A DNA stretch of 64,000 bases from an uncultured Planctomycetota bacterium (GTDB lineage Bacteria > Planctomycetota > Planctomycetia > Gemmatales > Gemmataceae): assembly GCA_963849325.1 (NCBI GenBank), contig CAWKHF010000011.1, positions 67,762 through 131,761 on the forward strand, read 5' to 3'. The stretch's first letter is position 1; every line of letters begins with the position of its first letter. This document shows, piece after piece, positions 20,566-29,203 of this stretch. The notes beneath the pieces were generated by a model. That model had not been told where the DNA came from. It did not search any database and worked only from the letters and a program-made list of their open reading frames with translations. The translations under genes were made by a program, and so were the position numbers.

Positions 20566-20819
20566 ACTCGGCTCCAGTGGAAGAGGGGAGTATTGGCATC
20601 GCGAGCACGCCCAATCTCTTCCTCTTCCTCTCATTGTAACCGCCGCTTTCCACGGGCGACAAGCGTAGACATCGGCAAGGACACGGCCCGCACCAGGCCG
20701 GGGCGAGAGGGGAATTGGCATAATCCGCACCCCTCGCAAAATCCGCAGCCGCCGCACCACCATGCCGTTTGCTACAACAGAGGGTGGGTCGGTGGGGGAT
20801 TGGCTGTGAGGATCGGCAC

Positions 20820-21526
20820 ATGGGTTTGTTGAGCCAGCGTCGCCGTCGTCCGGAAATCATGGACCAGCCGGATCTGGCCCCGGACCAGCACGTCCGCGCC
20901 CTGCAAGCCCTGGCCCGCATCAACTTCCTCAGTCACAGTGCCGGCATTCTCTGGCCGGATCTCGCCGCGTTGGCCCATGCCGTCGCGCCGCGCGCCCGCG
21001 CATCCTCGACGTGGCGACAGGAGCGGGCGATGTGCCGCTTCGCCTGTGGCGGCGGGCGCGGCGGGCCGGACTCGACTTCCATGTCGAAGGCTGTGACATC
21101 AGCCCCGTCGCTCTCGAACACGCACGCGCTCGGGCCGCTCGGGCCGGTGCGCCCCTCCGCTTCTTCGAGTACGACGCCGTGTCCGGGCCGACCCTGACGG
21201 GCTATGACGCCCTCACGTGCTCGCTCTTCTTGCACCATCTGGACGAAGCGCCGGCCATCGCGCTGCTGCGGCACATGGGCGAAATGGCGGGGCGACTGGT
21301 GCTGGTCAACGATCTCGAGCGCAGCGGGATCGGCCTGTTGCTGGCGCACGTGGTTGGGCGCCTGCTGACAACCTCGCACGTCGTTCACGTGGACGGCCCG
21401 CGTTCGGTGGAGGGAGCGTTCACGCGCACCGAGGCTCGCGCCCTCGCCGAACGCGCCGGCCTGGCCGGCGCACGGGTCGGCTGGCGTTGGCCGTTCCGCT
21501 GGTTGCTGTCGTGGAGGCGCCCGTGA
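20820..21526 (+). CDS. class I SAM-dependent methyltransferase, one frameshift near 21000
   Basis: ORF 20769..21197 (MGLLSQRRRRPEIMDQPDL..VRALQALARIN) continues in ORF 21011..21526 (..ILDVATGAGDVPLRL.., CSLFLHHLDE). Its stop overlaps the next gene's GTG (GTGA). Confidence 0.65.
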
Positions 21527-22782
21527 CCATCGCGGCCACCACGAGCCTGGAAGAAGCCGCCTCGCGTACCTGGGATGTCGTGATCGTCGGTGCTGGGCCG
21601 GCCGGAGCGATGTCTGCCTACGAGCTGTCTCGCCGCGGATTGGCCGTCCTCCTGGTCGATCGCGCCTCCTTCCCGCGCTGGAAGGTGTGCGGCTGCTGCT
21701 TGAATGCCCGCGCCCTGGCCGCGCTGGCGGAGGCCGGACTCGGCGCGCTGACCGTTCGCTGCGGCGCGGTGTCTCTGGATAGCTTTCAGGTGGCGGTGGC
21801 CGGCCGGGTCGCCCGGCTGGCGATCGGCGGTGCTGTGTCGCTGTCGCGCCAGACCCTCGACGCCGCCCTGGTGACAGCCGCCATCGGAGCGGGCGCCGCC
21901 TTCCTGCCGCGAACACAAGCAGTTCTGAGTTCTGAGTCCCGAGTTCGGAGTGAAGAACACAGCATGACCCCAGCGTCCGGAACTCCGAACTCCGAACTCC
22001 GAACTCCGAACTCCGGAGTTCGCGTCGTGGAGCTGCGACAGGAGCAGAAGGCCAGTCGGATGGCGGCGCGGGTCGTGCTCCTCGCGGACGGGCTGGGCGG
22101 CAAATTGGTCGCTCGGGCCGGAATCAGTGAGGTCGCCACGGCACCGGGCGCACGCATCGGCGTGGGCATGATCGCGGCGAACGCGCCGGCATTCTACGAG
22201 CCGGGCCGCATCTTCATGGCCTGCGGCCGCGAGGGCTATCTGGGACTGGTACGCCTCGAAGACGGACGGCTCGATCTGGCCGCCGCGCTCGATCCAGGAT
22301 GGGTTCGCGCCCACGGCGGACCCGGCCCTGCCGCCGCCGAGATGCTCGCCGAGGTGGGTTGGCCTGCCGTCCCCGACATGGCGGAACACGGCTGGCGAGG
22401 CACTCCGGCGCTGACACGACGGGCGCGGCGCGTGGCCGGTGAGCGCCTGTTTCTCGTCGGCGATGCCGCCGGTTACATCGAGCCGTTCACCGGCGAGGGC
22501 ATGGCCTGGGCGCTGTCCGCCGCAAGGGCGCTGGCGCCTCTGGCCGCGCGGGCGGCCGAGCGCTGGCATCCGCGATGGGCCGGCGAGTGGGGCGCGCTCT
22601 ATCGCCGCCTTCTCGGGACACGGCATCTCGTCTGCCGAACCGTCGCCGCCGTGCTCCGCTCGCCGGGCCTGACGCGGACGATGATCCACTTGCTTTCCGT
22701 TGCCCCTGGCCTGGCCGTGCCGGTGCTGCACGGTTTAGGATTTCATGACAGTCGAAAGCAGGGAATAGGGAATAGGGAATAG
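21523..22782 (+). CDS. FAD-dependent oxidoreductase (geranylgeranyl-reductase/halogenase-like fold) carrying a 35-codon repeat insertion
   Basis: In the frame of ORF 21217..22782. The dinucleotide-binding site is DVVIVGAGPAGAMSAYELSRRGLAVLLVD, followed by RLFLVGDAAGYIEPFTGEGMAWA. The last 6 codons (GIGNRE) lie in the (GGGAATA)n array. Confidence 0.75.
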   Translation: MTIAATTSLEEAASRTWDVVIVGAGPAGAMSAYELSRRGLAVLLVDRASFPRWKVCGCCLNARALAALAEAGLGALTVRCGAVSLDSFQVAVAGRVARLAIGGAVSLSRQTLDAALVTAAIGAGAAFLPRTQAVLSSESRVRSEEHSMTPASGTPNSELRTPNSGVRVVELRQEQKASRMAARVVLLADGLGGKLVARAGISEVATAPGARIGVGMIAANAPAFYEPGRIFMACGREGYLGLVRLEDGRLDLAAALDPGWVRAHGGPGPAAAEMLAEVGWPAVPDMAEHGWRGTPALTRRARRVAGERLFLVGDAAGYIEPFTGEGMAWALSAARALAPLAARAAERWHPRWAGEWGALYRRLLGTRHLVCRTVAAVLRSPGLTRTMIHLLSVAPGLAVPVLHGLGFHDSRKQGIGNRE

Positions 22783-22850
22783 GGAATAGGGAATAGGGGG
22801 AAAGAGGAAGGAATCTCGCATCTATTCCCTATTCCCTATTCCCTATTCCC
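22761..22850. terminator. heptamer-array inverted repeat between convergent genes: (GGGAATA)5 .. (TATTCCC)4
   Basis: 22761-22795 is GGGAATA x5 and 22823-22850 is TATTCCC x4, with a 27-nt spacer. Both arms overlap the 3' ends of the two convergent CDSs. Confidence 0.7.
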
Positions 22851-23659
22851 TGATTCAGCACTTGCCGTACCGCTTCGATGAGCTGATCTCCAGTGTACGG
22901 CTTGCTCAGGAAGCTCCAGCCGGGCGTCCACGCCACCCACGACGGCTCCGGCAAGCCGCCGGCGGTCACCAGCAGAACGCGCACCTGCGGATTCATCGCC
23001 AACAGTCCGTTGATGGTCTCCACGCCCGAGATGTCCGGCAAATGCTGGTCGAGGATGACCAGATCGATGGCCGACTGGTTCTGACGGTAAAGCTGCAGGA
23101 TCTGCCGGCCGGCCTCCGCCGACAGCACCTGGTAGCCGTGCTGCCGCAGGATGGTCTGGGCAAGGAGGCGGATACTCGGCTCCCGGTCGGCCAGCAGGAC
23201 CATCCCACGCGGCGAGGCTGGGGACGGGGCGGGCGTCGCGGCCGCGGCGGCCGGTTTCGTCCACGCTCGAACTTCCAGCTCGCGGAAAAGGCACAGCACG
23301 CCCCGTACCACGCCTTCGCCGTCCCGCACCGGCGCCTTGAGCAGACGCACGCGCAGGGCCAGCGGGCCGCGCGGCCGATCCTCTTCCGCCTCGATCCGTT
23401 CGCCGCGCAGAACGCGCTCGTTCTCGGCGGCGGCCTGGTCCGACCAGGGCGACGGCCAAAAGTCGAAAACCGTGTGTCCCAGGAGTTCGGAGTCCGGCTT
23501 GTCCAGCCAGCGGCAGAAGGCCGCGTTGACCGCGATGCAATGACCCTCCCCGTCGAACAGATAGACACACTGGTCGAGGTTCTCGATCAGCGCGCGGAAG
23601 GCCGCCGCTCCGCCGGAGCGGAGTTCCGCGAATTCCAGTTGACTCAACGGATCGGTCAT
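22829..23659 (-). CDS. PAS-domain / response-regulator receiver (REC) protein
   Basis: The N-terminal part is PAS-like (..CVYLFDGEGHCIAVNAAFCRWLDKPDSELLGHTVFDFWP..). The C-terminal REC is MVLLADREPSIRLLAQTILRQHGYQVLSAEAG..IDLVILDQHLPDISG..LVTAGG..FLSKPY. Confidence 0.75.
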   Translation of the reverse strand: MTDPLSQLEFAELRSGGAAAFRALIENLDQCVYLFDGEGHCIAVNAAFCRWLDKPDSELLGHTVFDFWPSPWSDQAAAENERVLRGERIEAEEDRPRGPLALRVRLLKAPVRDGEGVVRGVLCLFRELEVRAWTKPAAAAATPAPSPASPRGMVLLADREPSIRLLAQTILRQHGYQVLSAEAGRQILQLYRQNQSAIDLVILDQHLPDISGVETINGLLAMNPQVRVLLVTAGGLPEPSWVAWTPGWSFLSKPYTGDQLIEAVRQVLNQGIGNRE

Positions 23660-23692
23660 ATCTTCTTATCCCCCCTGTCCTCTGTTCCACGG

Positions 23693-23738
23693 GCCGCTTG
23701 CGGCTTGGCGGACAGCGTTGAGCGCCAAACCGCAAGCG
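23693..23738. terminator. 17-bp-stem hairpin downstream of 23756..24079
   Basis: CCGCTTGCGGCTTGGCG-12 nt-CGCCAAACCGCAAGCGG (1 mismatch). A related GCTTGCGGCTT/AGGCTGCAAGC palindrome occurs at about 46733-46772. Confidence 0.4.
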
Positions 23739-23755
23739 GCGTTCGCAACGAACCC

Positions 23756-24079
23756 TCAGCGACCCACGACCGTTTCGTGGGTCGCCGCCCGGCCCTGATC
23801 GGCCTGGACTTGCAACATTTGCGAGCATAGCAGCCGCGCCATGCGCGGCGCCGCCCATTCCGGTTTCACGACCTGTCCGGGCGGCGACGCTAACGCCACC
23901 GCCGGCAGGTTTCGCTCCACCCAGTGACGGAGCAGCGGTTGGCCGCGTCCGGTCCGCAGCACACAGCGGATCATCGGCACCAACAACTCCTCCATCTCCT
24001 CCCGGCTCGACACGGAACCGCCGTCAGACCCGTACATCCGTCGAGCCAACGTCTGGACCGCCTCGTCGGTGAAATCCAT
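23756..24079 (-). CDS. hypothetical protein (107 aa)
   Basis: The ORF is 11 nt downstream of the 24091 gene on the same strand. I recognise no motif. Confidence 0.35.
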   Translation of the reverse strand: MDFTDEAVQTLARRMYGSDGGSVSSREEMEELLVPMIRCVLRTGRGQPLLRHWVERNLPAVALASPPGQVVKPEWAAPRMARLLCSQMLQVQADQGRAATHETVVGR

Positions 24080-24090
24080 GATGTTTCTCC

Positions 24091-24720
24091 CTAAACCGGC
24101 ACACTCGTCTCAGCGACATCCGAGGTATCGCCCCACCAATCGACCGCCTGGGCCGTGGCGATACCGCCGTTGCCGCTGCTGACATTGGCGAGAACGCAGA
24201 AGGTGCCATCGGGGTTAACGTTGACCTGCACATTGTTCAGCGCCGGGATACCGCCGAGGTTGACGACCTCCCCTTGCATGGGAGCGCCACTGACGCTGCC
24301 GGTGAACTCCCACGTATTGCCGTCCTCGCAAGTCGCGTTGAAATCACTGATCGCCGGTGTCCCGTTCACCAAGGTGGCCGAGGCCGAGGATCTCCCGTCC
24401 GCACTGGCGGCAGTCAGCTGGCCGAGTTGCAACGCTGTCAGGGTGATGTTGTAGCCGCCCTGGGAGTCGGTTGTCACGGAGCCGTTCACTGCCCCGCCGA
24501 AATTGATTGTCTCGTTGCCAATAGGGTTCCCGGCCTTGGTCAATTGTCCCGTGAGGGTGACTTGCTGGTTCGGGTCGTAGGTGACGGCCAGAGTCAAAAC
24601 CTCCGCGGGGGGACCGAACGTCGGACAGATTCGATCCTCCAGGCTTTCCAGGAATGGCGTCACCGAGCGGGCGGTAACGGGTTTCCGGGAGCGGGCAGAG
24701 CGTGTCCGCAGACAAAACAT
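24091..24720 (-). CDS. secreted hypothetical protein with LExLEDRxxP N-terminal motif and beta-rich (Ig-like) body
   Basis: MFCLRTRSARSRKPVTARSVTPFLESLEDRICPT.., followed by a Thr/Gly/Asn-rich beta-strand-like sequence. It shares the N-terminal motif with 56740..59103. Confidence 0.5.
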   Translation of the reverse strand: MFCLRTRSARSRKPVTARSVTPFLESLEDRICPTFGPPAEVLTLAVTYDPNQQVTLTGQLTKAGNPIGNETINFGGAVNGSVTTDSQGGYNITLTALQLGQLTAASADGRSSASATLVNGTPAISDFNATCEDGNTWEFTGSVSGAPMQGEVVNLGGIPALNNVQVNVNPDGTFCVLANVSSGNGGIATAQAVDWWGDTSDVAETSVPV

Positions 24721-24836
24721 GCTGTACCTCCTTAAAGGACACAGGCGAGTGGTGAGAACGCCATCGTTTGAGGCGCTGACTCTCTGGTGGATTCAGGTGG
24801 GCTGGCAAGCTAGGAGGGTGTCCGGGATTCCCTTCG

Positions 24837-24893
24837 TTTCGCGGCGGTTCGCAGAGGCGCGCATTGAGCGCGCCTCTGCGAACCGCCGCGAAA
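24837..24893. terminator. perfect 26-bp-stem hairpin
   Basis: TTTCGCGGCGGTTCGCAGAGGCGCGC-ATTGA-GCGCGCCTCTGCGAACCGCCGCGAAA. It lies between the kinase stop (25117) and the start of 24091..24720. Confidence 0.45.
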
Positions 24894-25116
24894 TCGAATG
24901 TTTACCGAGGCGAACCCGAGGAAGAAGGAAGGGGCGTCAGAGGGAAGGATCGTGCGGTCCCCTATATATACATCGAAATCGGCGCGAAATCGGACAAGAA
25001 TTCCGGACGTTTTTTCAAGATTTTTTCAAAACCTTGTGAGTAAACCACTTAGAAAGAAAAATTTTTGATGCACGAGAGGCAAAAAATGAGAAAAAAGGAC
25101 GATGGGAAGTATACGT

Positions 25117-27343
25117 TCAATCAGGCAAATCGATCGGGTCGATCAGCCGCAGCTCCAGGTCCGGGACGATGCGCTCCGTCTGCACCTGGCGCAGGGCTGC
25201 AAAAGCCGGAAGCTTATTCACCGTATGCCAGAAGCGGGGATCCTTCAGGATCGCGTCTGCAGGCTGTCCGTTGGCGATGGCCTGCCGGAGATGGAAGAAG
25301 GTTCGTTCGATCCGCTGCTCTCGCACCCGCAAGTGTAGGGACGTCACGATGGGGGCATCGAACCAGACAGGGGCGCGAGCGAGGTCATCGCGGGCAACCG
25401 TGATGTACAAAAGGGCGGCATCCCGACACAGACGCGGGGGGACGGGTCCGAGTTGGATGGCGCGTTCGATGTCGTCCAGGGCCGTGGCGGGGACGGTGTT
25501 CCACTTCTGATTTCCCCGCATGTACAAGGCCAGCATGGCTCGATTGTACAGGACCGCCTGGCAGTTGGGATCGAGTTGGGCCGCCGCGTTCAAATCGTCC
25601 GCAGCTTTGTAGTACTCCTTTCGGAGGAGGTATGTATAAGCCCGATTGTTTAACACCATGACCGGCCGGTAACCGGATCCTTGTATTTGGTTATACCATT
25701 CAATGGCTTGCTTGGGATACTGCTCGCGGCTACGAATATAAGCCTTCACGGCAAGGGTTGGGGCATCATAGGATTCCTCCCCGATCAGATTCACATCCTC
25801 CCAGGCTTGATCGAGTTTATCCTTGGCTTGCTCGCCCGTCAGGTACTTACTCTGCTTCAACCGAGCACAGCCGCGAGCGAAGCGGAGACGCGGATTGCCC
25901 GGCTCGGCGCACGGCCTGATCGAAGTGTTTCTCCGCCTCATCGTAATTGCCGGCCCGGTAGAACGCCACGCCTTGCTGATACTCGCGTTCGCTGTAGGGC
26001 GGCGTGACCGACCAGGCATAGCCGGCGATCGCGGCCGTCAGCGCGAACAAGCAGACGGTGGCCAGGACCATCCGGGGATGGACGGCAATCCATCGACGCA
26101 GTCGGCGAGCCGGAGAGAACTGCCGTCGCAGTTCGGCGGCGACTACCGCGGCGCTCCGTGGCCGGCCGACCGGATCGAGGCTCAGGCAGCGGTCCAGGAC
26201 GGCAGCGACCGGACGCTCCAGCTCGGGACAAACGCCACGAAACGAACGGAAGCCAATCGTCCATCGTTCCAGCAGGACTCGGGCCAGCGGCTTCTCGATC
26301 AGCTCCGGCGAGACCGAACCGTAGGGTTTGTCTCCCGTCAGCAGTTCGTAGACGATCACGCCAAGAGAAAAGAGGTCGGCGCGTTCATCCCACGCGGCCG
26401 TGTTTTCGCCCAGGAAGGCCCGCAGCTGCTCGGGGGCCGCGTAACGCAGGGTGGCGCCCCGAGGAGCGTCGGACTCGAGCGCGCTGCTGGACAGGTTGAA
26501 ATCGAGCAGTAACGGCTTGCCGGACGGATCGAGGAGGACGTTGGACAGCTTCAGGTCGCGGTGGCAGACGCCGCGCTCGTGCAAGAACGCCAGCGCCTCC
26601 GCCAACTGGACGGCCAGATGAATCACGCCGTCGGCGTAGCTCATCGTTCGCAGACGCGGGTCGGGGTCGGCCGGCGGATCCTCCGGCTGAGCGCAGGCGC
26701 GAAGAACGTCGAAGAGGGCGGCCGCCTTCCGCGGCCGCGGCGCGTGTGGGGACGGCAAGAGCCGATCGAGGACGTCTTCCAGGGTGGCGCTGCCCAGGTA
26801 CGGCATGCGCACGACCGTTAGCCCGGTGGCATGGTCTCGCCCGGCCGACAGGATGGGGACGATGTGCGGATGGGACAACCGGCCCATCGTCCGCGCCTCG
26901 ATCTCGCCGCCGCGGGAGAACTTGACGGCCACCAGCCGGCCGCCGGTGGACGTTTCGCGGGCCAGGAATACTCGCGCGAAGGCGCCTCGGCCGAGCTGCC
27001 GCACGATGGTCAGATCGCCCCGCTGTTCGCCCGCGACCGGACAGCCAGCCGTCTCCAGGCCGAAGTATTGCGGGTTCTTCCCTGCGAACAGGTCGATCTG
27101 AAGCAGGTTCTGCAACGCGCTGCGGCAGGAAGGGAAGCTCGCGCAGTAGCTCGACAGGTCGAGCCGTTCTCCTTCCTCCAGCCGGCGATAATACTCTTCG
27201 TAGGCGTGCTCCAGCAGGACGGATTTCGAGACGGGCGGCGCATCGGGGTCGCGGCGAGCCGACGGAGCGATTTCCGTCGGCGGGCCAGTGGCGGAGACGG
27301 CGACGTCCCACGCCTCGGAGGCAGCCTTCTCCGCCGGTGTCAT
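25117..27343 (-). CDS. Ser/Thr protein kinase with TM helix and extracytoplasmic TPR domain, one frameshift near 25905
   Basis: ORF 25847..27502 contains the kinase (LGRGAFARVFLA, VAVKF, HRDLKLSNVLL, DFNLS, YAAPEQ) and a TM (MVLATVCLFALTAAIAGYAW). The TPR-like tail continues in ORF 25117..26019. The ATG at 27343 overlaps the sigma-factor stop (ATGA). Confidence 0.8.
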
Positions 27344-27920
27344 GGCGCCTTGTGCTCTCGGTTCAACTTCTGCAGCACGCGATGGATCATTCGGGGAGGG
27401 ACGCCCAGGCAGTCGGCGATTTCGCGCTGCGAATGTCCCTGGCGCAGCATCCACAGGGCCATACGGACCTTGGGAGGGAGATCCTGCAGCAGGCGCTGCC
27501 ATTCCTCTTCCGCGATGGCCAGTTGACTCGGTGTGGGGTGCGGCCCCGCCGGCTCATTGCCGGGATCGTCTTCCGTCGGCAGCCGCAGCTCCTCCACGTC
27601 CCGATCGTTGTGCTTGGCCGTCTGTTGCCGCTGCCGGAAGGCATCGATGATCTTGCGGTGCGCGAGTCGAACCAGGAAGGAGACGAGTTCCTTGGGATCC
27701 TTGAAGGTGTAGCGCTCCGCCGGAAGGTGCAAGAAGGACGCCCAGGCGTCCTGGGCGAAGTCCATCGAATCGAACTGGGCGCGCAGCGCTCGTCCAGGCG
27801 ACGGCGGACGACCATGTGAATTTCTTTGCCGTAGCGCTCGAAGAGCCTGCCGACCGCTTCCGGGCAGCCCGAGCGGACGGCCTGCATGAGCTGCTCGAAT
27901 TCATTCGTCTCCATGGACAT
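27340..27920 (-). CDS. ECF-type RNA polymerase sigma factor (kinase-linked, ECF43-like context), one frameshift near 27790
   Basis: The N-terminus is in ORF 27387..28079 (MSMETNEFEQLMQAVRSGCPEAVGRLFERYGKEIHMVVRRRLDE). The rest is in ORF 27340..27765 (DFAQDAWASFLH.. region 2; GHSQREIADCLGVPPRMIHRVLQKL region 4 HTH). Confidence 0.75.
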
Positions 27921-28249
27921 ACGGAGCCTCCACTCGGGGAACCGGGCTGTGTCCCTCCGGCGGGACTCCCCCTTCTTCGGCCCGCGAGATCCAAGCTGCG
28001 GGCGGCACAGCGACGCGGCAGATGATACGAGGTATCGCCTAAAAGGGATAGGATAGACCGACTCGCAACGTCGATGCAAGGGAAAAACGGGAGGCGGTCA
28101 GGCACGCCGTCGGCGGCAGCGGCAAATTGCTCTTTACAGCCCCCGTCGTTTGTGGCATAGGCTCTCCCTCTCACGGTTCACAGTCGGAAGGGAGTCGGCC
28201 AGATCGCTGGGGGGCGATCGGCCCAGGGGGATCGGCCGGGAGGGGAGCC

Positions 28250-28825
28250 ATGCGCAGAATGGGGGCGGGGGGGGTGGCAGCGGCCCTGATCGTGGGTCTG
28301 GCAGCAGCCGTCGCGGCGGCGGGGGACATCGACGCCAAACCCGCGCCTCGGGGCATCCTGGCCGGCTGGTTCGGCGACAAAGCCAAGGACAAGGAAGAGA
28401 AGACGATGCCCGCCGAGGAGAAACCCGCGCCGCTGAATACACCCGAAATGGCCGGCATCGAGCAACAGCGACAGATGAACGCCTATCTCCGCCGTGTCGA
28501 GGTTTGTCTTCGGCTCCGCCAAATCGCCGAGCAAACCGGCAACGCCGACCTGCAGCGCCAGGCCGAGGAACTGGACGCGCGAGCCTGGGAGGTCTACCGC
28601 CGGCAGACGGCCCACCTGTCCATGCCCGTGCCGGCGATGCTCTCCGGCACGAAGACCGTGGAGAAGAGGCCGACCGCCAAGCCGAAGACCGGCGCAGGCA
28701 CCAACAAGGTACGCGCCGCGGAATTGCCGGCCCCGAAACGGTCGCCGCAACCTTTGGGTGGGGATTTTGAGCAACAGGAGCAGGGGCTTCTCAACGGCAC
28801 ATTCATGGGGGGGAACAAGCCGTGA
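28250..28825 (+). CDS. hypothetical secreted protein
   Basis: Within ORF 28127..28825 the start is MRRMGAGGVAAALIVGLAAAVAAAG (signal-like). The body is charged and low-complexity. Confidence 0.4.
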   Translation: MRRMGAGGVAAALIVGLAAAVAAAGDIDAKPAPRGILAGWFGDKAKDKEEKTMPAEEKPAPLNTPEMAGIEQQRQMNAYLRRVEVCLRLRQIAEQTGNADLQRQAEELDARAWEVYRRQTAHLSMPVPAMLSGTKTVEKRPTAKPKTGAGTNKVRAAELPAPKRSPQPLGGDFEQQEQGLLNGTFMGGNKP

Positions 28826-29091
28826 CACGCCAAGGATGTTTGGTGCTGGCCCTGGCCCTGGCCGCTTCGGGCTGTTTCAGTCCGCCGACTCGCCTGGACG
28901 AGGAATCGCACAAGGCGCCGTCCTTGACGTCGCTGCCGCTGCCGCCGGCGATCGTCACGCCGGATGAAGTAACGGAGGCCAACGCCGCCGAAAAGGCCCA
29001 GGCGTTGGCCCGCGAACTCGATTACGCCGCCAACGATCACCCAGCGCCGCTGCCGCTGGCGACGTTAAAGGAAGGGCTGACGAAACCGTGA
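28822..29091 (+). CDS. small putative lipoprotein
   Basis: MTRQGCLVLALALAASGCFSPP has a lipobox-like LAASGC. The start overlaps the upstream stop (GTGA). Confidence 0.45.
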   Translation: MTRQGCLVLALALAASGCFSPPTRLDEESHKAPSLTSLPLPPAIVTPDEVTEANAAEKAQALARELDYAANDHPAPLPLATLKEGLTKP

Positions 29092-29203
29092 AATCCGCCG
29101 CTGGCGGCTTGGCGCCAAGCCGTAAGCGGGGCGAAAACGAAGGGTGGGGGACGGCAACAGGGAGCCATGCTCCCCGTTGCTCGTTTTCCCACGGCATCGT
29201 GGC

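Noticed and set aside
20820-22782. Methyltransferase plus FAD-oxidoreductase pair as a type III polyketide (alkylresorcinol-like) cluster
   Set aside because: This pairing often accompanies a type III PKS in other bacteria, but no PKS or ketosynthase gene is present in the window. The claim cannot be supported here.
22761-22850. Heptamer arrays (also 21921-22022, 41183-41241, 14401-14430) as possible CRISPR or a phase-variable microsatellite
   Set aside because: The units are 7 nt with no spacers of CRISPR size and no cas genes. The arrays are arranged as inverted arms typical of hairpin or REP-type elements. Phase variation cannot be assessed from one sequence.
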